A stretch of DNA of 63,706 nt, the filler included, from Sphacelaria rigidula (lineage: Eukaryota): assembly GCA_964200075.2 (NCBI GenBank). It is 8 parts of 8 records of this genome, joined end to end, with 100 filler letters (N's around TTAATTAATTAA, not from the genome) between each part and the next. Parts side by side here need not be neighbours in the genome. Positions count along the whole stretch, not along the records: positions 7,977 to 15,852 come from CAXNAA020013136.1; positions 15,953 to 23,828 come from CAXNAA020013137.1; positions 23,929 to 31,804 come from CAXNAA020013138.1; 5 more parts are not named here. One strand, given 5' to 3'. The notes beneath the pieces are model-generated. The model made no database searches, was not told the DNA's origin, and worked only from the letters and a program-made list of their open reading frames with translations. This document shows positions 12,614-25,007 of the stretch, piece by piece (position 1 is the stretch's first letter; each line of letters starts with the position of its first letter). A program made the translations under genes and the position numbers.

Positions 12614-15420
12614 TCGTCATGGCCATCTGCTGTCACTTCATATCAGATACGACTTGCCGGCTTTTGGGGCAGTTTGGGCACCTTTTGCTCACTGGGAGCT
12701 CTTCAGGCGCGGATATTGCATCATTGTATTGGCGGTCCACCTTCGGGACCCTTGAATGTGTGTATGGAGCCGGAAAAGGGGCAAGGGGCTCCAGGACGGC
12801 CGCACGCTGGGGGGCGGTAGAGCTGGGCTGGAATCGGAAGAAATTGTTGCTGCAGGATATGCGGCTTTTCCCGCCTGTGTACGTGAAGCCGTACACAGCG
12901 ATTCTTCGGCTGATACATGAGGAACAAGTATGAAGGTGGCGTCACCCTGCGAGTCGGAAGGATCCGTACTGGCAGGGTTGGCGGCCCCTCAATTCCATAG
13001 TAACCGTTATGGTTCTGGCATTCCGTGGAGGGCGGCACCATTGAGTAGACATGAGGCGTGTTCCCGCGGACCTGCTATTGTAGTAGATCACGCGGGGTAA
13101 TTTGCGGGGACGTTAGGTTCAGGTATTGGTTCTTGTTTTCTGTACGAACAGGGGCTGGCGTGTAAGTTGGGCGGTCGATGATGCTGATGTGTGTTGCGAA
13201 AGTGTTATTTTCCAAATAGGTGAGATATCGAAGACTGCGGGCTGGTCTTTATTTTTGTGTCCAAGTTTGGTTTTGTGGTCAAACAGTCGATCCGAAACGT
13301 CACGGGCGGTGTAAATATATGTCGATGTATCGAACGTTGACTTCTGATACAGCATAAGCCTGGCGTTAGATGTTTGCCGTGTGTGTATATATATATATAT
13401 ATTGATTTAGTATATTCTGAGTTTTTTCCGCGGTGCTTATACGGCGTGGTTCAGCAGCAGCGTAGTCGTAGTCGACAGGCTGACTGGTCCGACGACAGCA
13501 ATACCGTGGAGGCAGGGGCGGGCGCGTAGCAAGGCGACTACGCTATATGCACCACGTAGCCCCTGCGAAGTGCTGTGGGCATGTATTCAGAGAGTCGGGG
13601 TGAGAGGGAGCGGGGTGGAGAGTGTTCTACTGAGTATTGTTGAAACAAAACAAGTTATTTCTACGAAAAACAGAAAATAGTAGGGGCAGGACGGGAACAA
13701 GAGCGATGTAAAAACGTTTCTTGTACTTGCGGGGATCATATGGTGCTACAGTGTAGAATCGTACGGTTGGCCGCCATATTTGTAAGCTGTGCAAATCCCT
13801 GTGCAAAAGAAGCGAGCCGTAGGGGGACCTGCACGTGGTGTTGTTTAGGTTTGCTTTTGTCGGATGTTGTACTTGGCACTTGCAAGCTGCTAGAAAAAAT
13901 TGATGTGTATTCCAGAGTAGTTTTCAGATCGAGTTGGCGTGTGGATATGCACGGTAGGTTGACATGAACTAGTAGAATAGTGTGATGTCGGTATTGGAAA
14001 ACACGATACCGTTTTCTTATCGTCAGTCGCGTTTCGGAGTCTCACACTCAGTTCCATTTTGCTGCCAATGGCTGCGGCAGATGTGCTGTATCGTATTTTG
14101 AAAGACCCCTGCGGAAGAAGCAATGTTGACTTGTGTACTTGCTTCAGCGATGATCTGACGCCCCTCTGTGCTCGAGCACTTGTCAGCTGTGCGCCTTGCC
14201 TGTGGTTCACGCTGGCGTGGTAACATTCAGTGTATGCGAGGGGTAGAGATTTGGTTATGTGGTGCAATCCGCTCAAGTTCCTCGCGCGAGCGCATCAATA
14301 CAGAAGTTAGCCTCCCTCTAACGAAAGTGCATTGCGGTACCGAGTACAGTATTTCGTTTGCCACGCGAAGAGCAAGCGATAGAATGGATTGGATTTGGAA
14401 TTTTCTCGCATGTGTCTTCCCAAACACAGGAGCGTATTTTGCGCAATGCAAAAGAGGGAGAAAATAGACCATAGGGTGTTATTTTATACGGTAGTTAATG
14501 TATTCCCTTCGGGGGGGATTAAAAAGCAACGTGCAGGAACAGTTGTGGAGTGTTCCAGCAGGACAAACATGAGCCATAGTTAGCGGATGAAGACTTTGCT
14601 ACGCGGAGGATCCGGTGCCATGGTCATAGGGCACGCCAAACTCAGAATATCAGCTGTTGTACCGAAGTAGTTTTTATGTGAGGGATGAGTTGCGAGGGTG
14701 CCAGCATATGAAGAAAAAAATCCTGTGTTGCACCATCTTGAGTGGAAACGCAGAACAACGTGTTTTCCCAGCGTCAAAAAGTTTTCGTGTCATCATACCC
14801 CGGCTGGTCTCCGCCGTGACGAATTCGGTGTCTACTGCGTACGTGTGAAAGGCGGTGTTGCTTTGGCATGTATGGCCTTTCGCGCCATGAAGCGTTGGTG
14901 ACAGTGTTCGCTGCACACTCTCGTGCGCGACCCCGAACTGACTGGACGTCAGATACACAGCCGGTGATGATTATTGTTCGTCGGCGGGATTAGAATGCGA
15001 TATGGCCTTCTGGCGTGAACAAGTTACGGAACAGAGCAGCGCATTTCTGGGACATGATCAGAAGCAACGCATGGAGGACTCAATTTTTGCTAACGATGCC
15101 GCGAGAGACGGCTTGCCGCTTAGCACGAACAGTACTACCCGCCACGGATATCCGGGTTTTCTCTGGATCTTGACTGTTCATAATAGAGCGGAGGTTCTGA
15201 CCTACATAGCTAGCTCGTAGCTCCTCGCGAACCTGCATCCGGCACGATGCAAGCAGTGGTTTCCATGTAGCGGCAGGCGCACTGCCCTCATATATAAGAA
15301 CATATGCGATTAGTCATTATCCATCAGGCTTACAGTCGTGAATTAATTGATATTACGCACAATCATATGATATTCAACAATCATACGAGCTGGGCCAGCC
15401 TTGAGGCTGCATGAACGTTT

Positions 15421-15706
15421 GCAGGCGGATGCGCCGGCCAATATTTAGAGNNNNNNNNNNAACCCGGAAATTTGGTATGAATAATGCATGGGGCATAATG
15501 AAAAATTGGGAAGAAGCACATGAAGGTTTTTTTTTCTTCGTGAGATGAGGGCGTTTTGCTGAAACCTGAAAACTGATTATTGCCTTTAACTCACGAAAAA
15601 AATAAAAACTTCATGTCCTTCTTCCCTATTTTTTATTATGCTCCGTGCATTGTCCATACCAAATTTCAGGGTCTAACTCTAAATATTACCCGGCGCATTT
15701 GCCTTG
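15421..15706. mobile_element. Foldback MITE (long imperfect palindrome)
   Basis: Arms gcaggcggatgcgccggccaatatttagag..cccggaaatttggtatg... versus ...cataccaaatttcaggg..ctctaaatattacccggcgcatttgccttg. Related pieces occur at about 45478-45600 and 45990-46025. Confidence 0.65.
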
Positions 15707-16946
15707 TGAGAATCGGATCGGTAGAAATTCAGAACAGTATTTCGCAGGCCACTCACCAGCCCACGTTTGGTTTTCGTGTATTGAAAATTTGTGTGGGCTC
15801 TCGCCAGGGCATAATTAACAAAACTCAGTGGACCAGATTTTTTTTCATTCATNNNNNNNNNNNNNNNNNNNNNNNNNNNNNNNNNNNNNNNNNNNNTTAA
15901 TTAATTAANNNNNNNNNNNNNNNNNNNNNNNNNNNNNNNNNNNNNNNNNNNNGGGGGGGGAGGGGGAGGGGGGGGAGGGGAGGGGGGGGGGGGACACACT
16001 CAGTCTGCCGTCCCGTAGTTTATTGCCGAAGCGTTGCCGGATGCAGTCAGCTGCCGTTCACAGAGATCCTTGGCATGGAGACCGATGAGATGGCGGACAC
16101 GCCGCCCCCCCAAGCCCGTCCGTCACTTACCATGCTTAAATTTATGAGATCATGTTCCGTGTCGTGTGCCTCGAGCACCTACCAGTGGTCCGGGCAAGTT
16201 TGGCATGAGAAAATGTTGCTGAATTGGATGTAGGCTGTTGCTCCCGTGCGCTCGTGTGTATACACGTGTGTGAGCATGGCCGACATTCGAGACCATCGGG
16301 ACAAAGCGGGCAAGGAGCAGAAGCAAATATATACCGCAAAGTCCATCGGACTTCTCGGTTTTCGTCAGCGTTTCTCGATCGATTTCTTCAACAGTATCAA
16401 CAAGAAAATAAATCGTGACCTTTTCCCGAAAAATTGCCCTCCGGAAGGGGAGGGAGGGGGGCGGGGGCTCCGTGCCCGAAAATCTTATCCCAACAGGCCC
16501 TTGGTATGTCCGGAGATCGTGTTGCTGTGTACAATATACTTGAACCCAACGCTGCACAGTAATACTGCCACGACGGTGTACCGTACAACGGTACAGGCAC
16601 TACAGTGAGTAGCATGAGTACGCTCATTGTTGTCTAATTGAAGCAGTTTTCACATGACGGGCTTCTTTCAAGTTACAAGATACACAGGCCAGTCGCATGC
16701 CCCATCGTATCACCAAGCTTGTCTATCACCTCATTACTACGAAGTTTATTGAGTTGCTCTGTACTATACTTGAAATGATAATCAATCAATGAACAAGCCC
16801 ATTGTTGTACGAGGTATAACGGACCAGTTTTCACATGACAGACTTCTCAAAAGATACAGGGGCCAGTCGCATGCCCCATCTTATCACCAAGCGCTTCTAT
16901 CACCTCATTACTACACCATGCAGAGAGTCAATCCGCACTGCATTAC

Positions 16947-17184
16947 CTGCGATAACAACTACTTTTCTGCTTCGGCTTCCTCCATCTAGCATATCTACGG
17001 CGGCCGCGGCTGAGTCCCTGGAGGGAAGCGCCAGATGCCTTTTGCGACGACCCACGCTATAAGCCAGCAGTGACCGCGTACCCGCAGCGGCCGATCCAAT
17101 AAAAGCACGCGCTGGGGCCCACATAAATACAAGGGGAGCGGCCATAATTATCAGAGGTAAGGATCTCGGCCATGTCCACGGCAT
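16947..17184 (-). CDS. Exon 1 of a probable plastid-targeted nucleotide-binding enzyme (possibly tRNA isopentenyltransferase/MiaA-like)
   Basis: ATG at 17184. Hydrophobic signal peptide, ARA-F cleavage motif and S/R/A-rich transit-like tract, then RKVVVIA-G ending at G|gtaatg. The beta strand plus Gly could begin either a P-loop or a Rossmann motif, so the family is unresolved. Confidence 0.55.
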
Positions 17185-17505
17185 GGGTGCACTACATTCC
17201 CAACCGGCGAGCTGTTGGCCCCCACAAGGCAGAGAAGGTGCGACACAGAACGGATTTCGTTCACATTGGTCTCCAGATGGTCAGTTCCCGTCGGTTCTAT
17301 AAATTAATGATACTACTGTACCACGGTTGAACGCTCGCGCATTACGACCATGTTCCACTGCGGACTGTGCTGTGCTGGCTGCTTACTGTACTGTACTGTA
17401 CTGTTTCACACTGTCTCAATACACGGGGTTAGCTAGACAGGGCGTTGTGCCAGAAGAGCGAAGTGTGCTTCAACCTTGGTGTAAAAGGAGCGCCAAACGA
17501 AAGCC

Positions 17506-20500
17506 ATGGGATGGCGCACCTCCGTGCTGACGTCCATCGCGGTTTCCGTACTGACCGTGTTGGTCACGCTAAGGTATCAAGAAGAGTTCCTACCTGAGCA
17601 CCTCCGTCCCATCCGCACGTTACCCTCTGCTCAGGATGTTAGCACACCCACCACCGTAACTCCACAAGGAGCGGTCGCTGTTGTAGATATCGCACAGACT
17701 CTAAGCCTTGGCCGCGTGCTTCTTGCGAGAGGTGAGGCGGAAGAAGCCGCTCTCGCCTTCAGACTAGCAGCAGCCAATGTGGGAAGCGCTCATGATGAAA
17801 AACATCTCTTTCAAGGATCCACGGCAGCTGAGGCGCACTACGGGCTCGGGCTAGCGCTTCGAGCCGCCGGCAGACCAGGCGAAGCCCTGTCTGCATGCCG
17901 GGAAGCCGAGCGACTTGATCCAAATTCTGCGCCAGCAGCGATCTGCGTCGGCGCGCTGTTGACGGAAATTGGAGATGTTGAGGCGGCATTGACAACGCTG
18001 AGGCGTGCGGCCCAGTTGGAGCCTTCGGACGGCAGGGTGGGCAGCGGCGGGGAGGCTGGCAGCATAGGCGGAGGGCGAGGGGAGGCTAGCAGAAGGCTTG
18101 GGGCGGCGCTCTTGGCAGCTGGATATGTGGAGGAAGCAATTCCGGTGTTGATGCGTGCGCTTACAATGAACTCGGGGGATGCTCACAGTGCGTACAACCT
18201 GGGTGTGGCCTGGCAAAACGAGGTGCATTTTGAAGGATTTCAAATGGATTGTCTGCAGGTCATGAGACGCTTGGGTGTCGTTCGAATTTTGAATTTTCAA
18301 AGTATATATTTTCAACTAGCAAAACCCAGCCACAGCTCTGGAAATGTTGCAGAGTGTGGGACACGATATTTCTCTGGTAAAATTGCAAGGGACGGACGAA
18401 TCATGGATGATTCGTGATCCGATTAAAGAAATCTGCGGTGTCTAAGGCCTGATTGGTCGAAGGAGAGACAAACGTTGTCCGCGGCTCAAAAAATGTGTTC
18501 ACGAGAAATTAGCGCTATTCCACGTTCCTGGGGTGCGCGTGCCGAGAGTGCAACGTCAAAAACAAAACCCGAGGATTGATTCGTGAGGTACGAATCAATT
18601 AGCCTAAAAACGAGTGTTTTGAAGACGAATCATGCTTTGTCAAACCCTTCAAATTTTGCCCGCAGCATGCTCCAAGCGTTATTTTGTAAAATCTCTCTGC
18701 TCTGTGCGAAATACTTGGTGTTAACAAGTATCTGTAATGAGGCAGATCACCGATAAATGGAGGAGATCGACCTTCGTCGCTGTTGGCTGCAGTTCTTGGG
18801 CGTGTCCATGAGTGACATCCTGTCCTCAAGCTATTTATTTTTGTTCTTGTGGCCTTATCGTGAAGATTACTGAGGGCGTGCCTCATCATTTTTTGAGTCC
18901 ACAAAAAAAAGCGACTGAGTTGATGCAGAGAAAAATTAGTTCCTTTTTGCGTGGTTGGGGTGGTTGGGGTCAAGATAATTGGTAAGCTTCAGACTGATGG
19001 ATAATTTTGTAATGTGTAAACTGAAACTGCGATACAGAGATGCATTCTCGCAGTTGGGATACTATCGGACAAACCCGAGAGTACTGTACTTGACGCGTCC
19101 TCGCGATTGGTCATTCTGACCCCCTACCTCCTACTGCATCCATGGATTCAGTACCCTGATACCTCCCTCCCTTGAGCCATACGGTGATGAATGGGAAACA
19201 TCGATCAAGTGCCAGGGACTGCTGAACTAGACTGAGACAGCTGGCATATTACTGTCTGGGTCGTCTGGTTTCGAGCCACACTGACTGCATTTTTGCGCTC
19301 TTGCACCAGATTGGCCTTACTCCCCGAGCACACTGTGATAGTGGGCACCTGCTCCACCGAGACCCTTGACTTCTTTCTAGTTTGGCATCCGCCAGAGTAC
19401 GTAATTTACAATTCGTCAACCGCCAACATTAATCTTGTATTGTTACAGAATACAACCTCTTGTTTTGAGCTAAAAAATGATGGATTATTTTGGAGTGTGT
19501 TAACCGACAAACAAACTGCGAGACGGAGTTAGAAAACTATCGGGCTAACCCGAGACTACTGTACTTAATGTTAACCCGCCTTGCGATAACCCGCCTTGCG
19601 ATTGGTCACTGTTACCCCATTAGGCAGCCCGATCTCGTCGTTCTCTCTCCCTTCTCTCTCATTTCCTTGCTTTCTTTTCTGTTTCTTCTGCTCTCCGACC
19701 AGTACCTGCGATACGCCTTCCGTCCCTTTATCCCCACGCCCTCATGTACGTCATGAAGGCTAACGATTTCCACCTCCTCGCCCTCTGGATCTGCAGCTGC
19801 GACGCCCCTTGCGCCGCTAGATGTGTGACCCCTCCGATCCTACCGGAGTGCAGCAAGTAGTGCGTCGGGTCTCTGTCCATGCTGGACATTATTTGTTTAA
19901 CCCTTTTGGCACCGGCAATGGAAAAGTGTGGATTTCGAGGTACCGTTTTTTCAACGACATATGGTTGAGCTTTTACAGCTTTCACGCAAACAAATCGAGG
20001 TAAAGCGTGATGACTGGGTCATATTTACAGGATCTCAACACGAAAGGCTGAGTAAAGTAGTTCTTGCGCGAATGCGCGTATCTTCACTGGGCCAATCGCG
20101 CTGCAAAAATTCTTTCATAGCTCCGACTCTCTTTATATTAGTGACTGTGATCCTCATCGTATGTGTGTTGGTCGTGAATCCCACAGCGTCTACACTGGTG
20201 TCCTGATTCGTACTTTTTTCGGGGTGCGGGTATGCGTATCTCGCTGTGGTGTGGTCTAAGGCTGGTGAAGCTGACACGATCAGGGTTGGTTCATCATGCG
20301 CGCCGCACTGTTCTTTTGCTAGGATGTAATCATCTACGTATACGCTAACGAAAAATAGGTCATGAAGCCCCCCCCCCCCCCTCCCGTTTGCGGTAACCAT
20401 GATGGTGGTCGAGCTATATCATTTTTTGCGGGGTGAGAGAACCTCAAATACGCGCAAAGGGGATTATCATACTACTTGGTGTTTTAATGGTGACACACCC

Positions 20501-23270
20501 CATGAGGCAGTGTGTGGGCCGTGGCTGTCTCTGGAAGTGGCGATACCCGAAAATGGAGCAACTCATTGGAGGCTGCCATCCACATGCAAGGTGATCAGTA
20601 TGCTTCGGACCGAACAATCTCAGCAGGATGCAGTTCACCCTTCATGCGACTTGCGGAGCACACCACGGCGTTTCGCGCTTGGTGGTTGATTGCGATCCTT
20701 GTCCGGCGAAAACCCGGCGTGCTCCGTCCCGGCTTTGTAGGGATGCGAGGTCAATGGTCAGATGACTGCGGCATGCCACATCACGGCGGTTCGCGCTTGT
20801 TGACTGACTGCGATCCTGGTAGGCGAAAACCCGGTGTGCTCCGTCCCGGCTTTTTAGGGATGCGAGGTCAATGGCCATATGACTACTTCATGCAAGATGA
20901 TGAGTACACCCCGCCCTTTGCCGGGGGCATGGCAGCGTCGGGCGGTACTGGTGCGGGTGCCCCTTCTCCTCAGGGTTCAACTTTGGACTCGTGTTTCATC
21001 ATTCCCTTACCTTCTCCGAGGGTTATGGCGTCGTGCATGGTGGTATTGCGGTGCGCGTGTTCGGAGGCCTGTGACAAGAGACCCCAGTAGCCAGGGGACT
21101 CCGTCCAATCTGCTACAGTAACATCACCCACCGCATATCAGGAATTTTTCGTCTGACCAGGCGCTCTCCTAACTTGTCCGAACGCGTTCGAGACATTCGC
21201 TTTTTCTTAGTAGGATCCTGCTATGCGGAATCTTGACGCGCAACTTCGGCGCTTCGTTCAAGAGTTTCGGGAGTGTTTCTCCGCACAGGCGTTGCGGCAC
21301 GTCATCCGCAGTCATGCCCCGATTGAGGCCCCGCTCCTTTCCACTTAGGTACAATGGGGTCAAACGAAAAGTCGTTGATAATCCTTGCCTTCCTAATTCC
21401 TTTATTGTAATATCAACGATTCGATCACACGATTTATATGATACTTCACTGCACTGCACTGCACTGCCTGCTGGTTTCCTTCTCGAATGTCACTGGGATC
21501 GAATTTACGAAGGGGGAGACCGATAAGGCCATTGGGGCCTATGCCCAGGCTGTGGAGCTGGCACCTGACATGACGCCGGCGAGGGTAAACCTTGGAGCGC
21601 AGCTACTCCGGAGCGGTCGACTGCGGGACGCCGAAGTGGTGAGAAAAAGTCATGACGTTCGGGGGCAGGGAACGTGTGTCGAGCTTGTTTGCCGAGTGCA
21701 AGGGAAGCCTGACGAGGCTGATTTTTGTAATAAGAGGTTACGGTAGTCGTTATTGCATTGGTACGTCTGCTGTGATCGAAGTAGATTCCAGAACCGCGTT
21801 GTGCGGTTCGTCTCTGAGTGTACTCGCCCCGCTCTTTTTCAACGGAGGGCGTTTTTGTCACGCCCAGTTCGTAGCCTCCCATGCTTTTGAGCGCCAGCGA
21901 CGTGTTGCAAGGTGATGACAAAGTACGTGCATGGTCGACGTTGCGATTAGGATCGCTCGCGCAACAAGGTGCTCGGAATATGGAGCGAGGGTACTACCGG
22001 AGGCCAGAGACGTACACATTTGTTACTTGCCTTAGTCGTTTGGTCATTGACCCATACATCCCTTGCCAAACGGAGGACCGCTCTTGCTCGTTGTAGAGGC
22101 ACCTCCAACATTTAGCGGAGACCAGAGGGAGATTTTGACCTCAACATCGGATTGAAGCGCTAGGGATGATGTACAAGCCTGGTTTTTGTTCCATCCGATG
22201 AGTTGATGCAGCCGTAAATGCCTCGGTGATTCGAGTGAAGCTGTGCTTTGTGGAACGGGTAGCCATGTTCATCGTTGTGTGTCACACGCACTGCGTTGCG
22301 CAAGAAATTCATGGGTGCTGAGTTCCTTATTATTCGCGCGCGCACTTTGATTCATTGATTGGTTAATTGTCGCACTTTAATTGACCCCCCCCCCCCAGGG
22401 ATCCAGCCGTGGTTACATGATAGACGCACCCGCCTAGAAAAAACAAACAAACTGAAACACTCGCTGAAGAAGAAGGAGGAGCAGAAACGGTCGAACAGAA
22501 CGACATAGTAGGCCAAGACGTGAAAACAACAAAAAACGAATAAAACGTGAACAAAAGCAAAGCACAGGAACGCTTTGCTGATCGTTTTTCTTCTTTAGCT
22601 CCTTCCGCTGCCCTGACTCTCGATTTTGATACCCTATTGACTGATGACATCTGCAGATGCTGTTGACAGCGATTGACGGTGGCGGCGACAGCACAAGTCG
22701 TGCAGCCGCGTATTCTAACCTGGGAGCGGTCCTGGTGAAGAGTGGCCGACCAGCAGAGGTGCAGACTGGGCCATGGTGGCGTTGATATTTACCGAGTACG
22801 CAACTGCGTTGTGGATCAGATCGCCGGTTTCAGTTTTCAGGTCTTTTCCCTTGACGCTGCACGTCAGGAATATTGGTAACGGTAACGGTCTACTGGAAAA
22901 AGTTGGGTGAGTAGGCATGTAGACAAGGAGAACGCGGGTAAGACTGAGCCAAGCTGTGCACCTAAACATGGCGGTGCTATCCATACACACACGCAAGCGC
23001 GTAAAAGATGCTTCTGAGCACTCGGTCGGCGTTCTTCTCAATCGTCACGCGTGCGTCTTAAATAGGCTCTCTACACTACGCTGCTCGATTGTTTCGCCCC
23101 TTGTGCTAACGTGCGTTTCGACTTCGTCTATTCGGTGCGCGTCGTTTATATTAGGCCCTGGAAGCGTACTCTCAAGCCGAGAAACTGGGAGCCGCGCGTA
23201 GCCTCGTGCACATGACGAGACTCTACCGGGAGTTGGGACGCTCGGAACAAGCACTCGAGGCTTCCCAAAG
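17506..23270 (+). CDS. N-terminally anchored TPR-repeat protein, 5' part; exons 17506-18222, 21513-21638, 22657-22758, 23155-23270
   Basis: Hydrophobic N-terminal segment followed by TPR consensus units (AEAHYGLGLALRAAGRPGEA, SAYNLGVAWQNEGETDKAIGAYAQAVELAP, ARVNLGAQLLRSGR, AAYSNLGAVLVKSGRPAEALEAYSQA). All junctions are GT-AG and in phase. Confidence 0.85.
19728..20400 (-). mobile_element. Decayed tyrosine-recombinase (DIRS/Ngaro-class) retrotransposon, internally deleted, inside TPR intron 1
   Basis: RT fragment with YVDDY (ORF 20035-20400) followed on the same strand by a YR C-terminus, HSGRIGG...QIQRARRWKSLAFMTY (ORF 19728-19985), carrying the HxxR, RW-S and catalytic-Tyr region. Confidence 0.8.
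20669..20910. repeat. Two tandem copies (~120 bp) of an interspersed repeat
   Basis: cgaaaacccggygtgctccgtcccggcttt.tagggatgcgaggtcaatgg occurs twice here, again at about 59590-59690, and partially at about 30815-30845. Confidence 0.75.
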
Positions 23271-25007
23271 GTGATGAAGCTTCTGGTATCATTTGCAGCG
23301 GGGCCTTGCGTGCACCCATTGATTCTGATCCTCAAGCCGTACCTGTCAGCGTTTTGGTCAGCTGCGCTAGACCTATCTCGGCGTATTGTATCACACACGA
23401 GGAAAACTTACTTGATGATGAACATTGCAATCCCCGGTATCACCTTTCGCCCTTCTAGTTCACCCCCCCCCCCCCCCCCTCCCACACTACTGTAATCGGA
23501 TCATACTACTTACAAAATTTCTCGTGTTCAGTTTTTTGTTGATGCACATGCCATAAATTCGAGTACGGTTGAAGTGGCGAAGCAGCTTCTGCGGTGCGCG
23601 GCGCGAGCTATTGTGTGCTGGCATAGAATGCCATTTAAGGATGTAGGTGATAGTTCACGCTCCGCAGTCGAGAATGGATCCCATCATGTCTAGATATATA
23701 TATTGAAGGAATTTTCTCGAGAGATATTGATAAAAATTTCCCCCTTCTGTGTAGTGGTATCCGCATCACCCGAAAACCGACCGCGTCGTAGACTTACTCT
23801 GCGAAAGGCGGCGAGGGCAAGGATGCACNNNNNNNNNNNNNNNNNNNNNNNNNNNNNNNNNNNNNNNNNNNNTTAATTAATTAANNNNNNNNNNNNNNNN
23901 NNNNNNNNNNNNNNNNNNNNNNNNNNNNAACCTCATTTTTTTTTTCAACCCCATTTTCGAAAATCGGCTGTTATATGAGAGTCTTGTGCAGCTGCTGCTC
24001 TTAGGCACCTTCAGTGCAAGAGATTAAGTCACAGTGGAGAAGAGAGAATCGTAAGTGTTTATCCTCTGATCCGCCACTTTGCTCTGGCCCAACACTTGAT
24101 GATCCATAGTCATGGTTGAACTTGTTCTCCGTGAGCGGCATCGCAGTCTCATCGCAAAATCCTGACTCCGAAACCATGAGCAGAGCATTTGGATCTGAAA
24201 TTTATTTGCATGCACACACATGGACAGTGCTTGCTACTTGAAGATAATGTGGATGAAGCTGAGGAGTCTTTGAGCAGCAAGAGTAATGTCAGAGAGTGCA
24301 TTTTGAAGGGGAGCTGACGCCACGGCACCCCGCGGATGATTCGGGATTCATGGGGTATATTCAGTGTACTCCGTTTGTTTGCTCCATCTCTTTTTTTCTC
24401 TACTTTTCTTGAGCGAGCGTTTCCGTTTTGTTTACCTTGAGTACGTCCATCCTGCGGATAATGACCACGGCTGGGTCATGATTATCTCGAGGGTCCGTTA
24501 ATGTGTGACAATCGAATCCAATCAATCAAATCAAGGTTGTGAGCCTCGCACTCAGTTTAGCTCAGGTCACCCGCTCCAGTCGATCTGCCCTTTCCGCCCA
24601 GGTACACGACAAACCTATCATTGGTGCTGGTGAAATCCTCCCGCCATACACGCGTATGAAACAACATCAAAATAGTATCTGGTCCACCGTACCACCCCGT
24701 CAGATACTTCCCCCCAAGGACCCCTGAGTCATCTTCCACGTTGACTTTTCCATCCCGGCGTACTCGATTACGTTTTGCCTTGAGCATAACTCCTAGAAGA
24801 TCATATATATAGTTTCCCGTCTAGATATACGGCGTACTAGATACACGTTTTGCAATATCTGGTTGAGCATACCACCTCGTCGGGCCCCTGCATCCGAGGA
24901 TCTCTCGACCATTTTTCCGCTCCAAGTTTGCATCTCCGCACAACTCGATTATGTGAACATACCTTTTAGTGCCCAACCAACCCTCAATGCTTCATCCGCA
25001 CCTGCAG

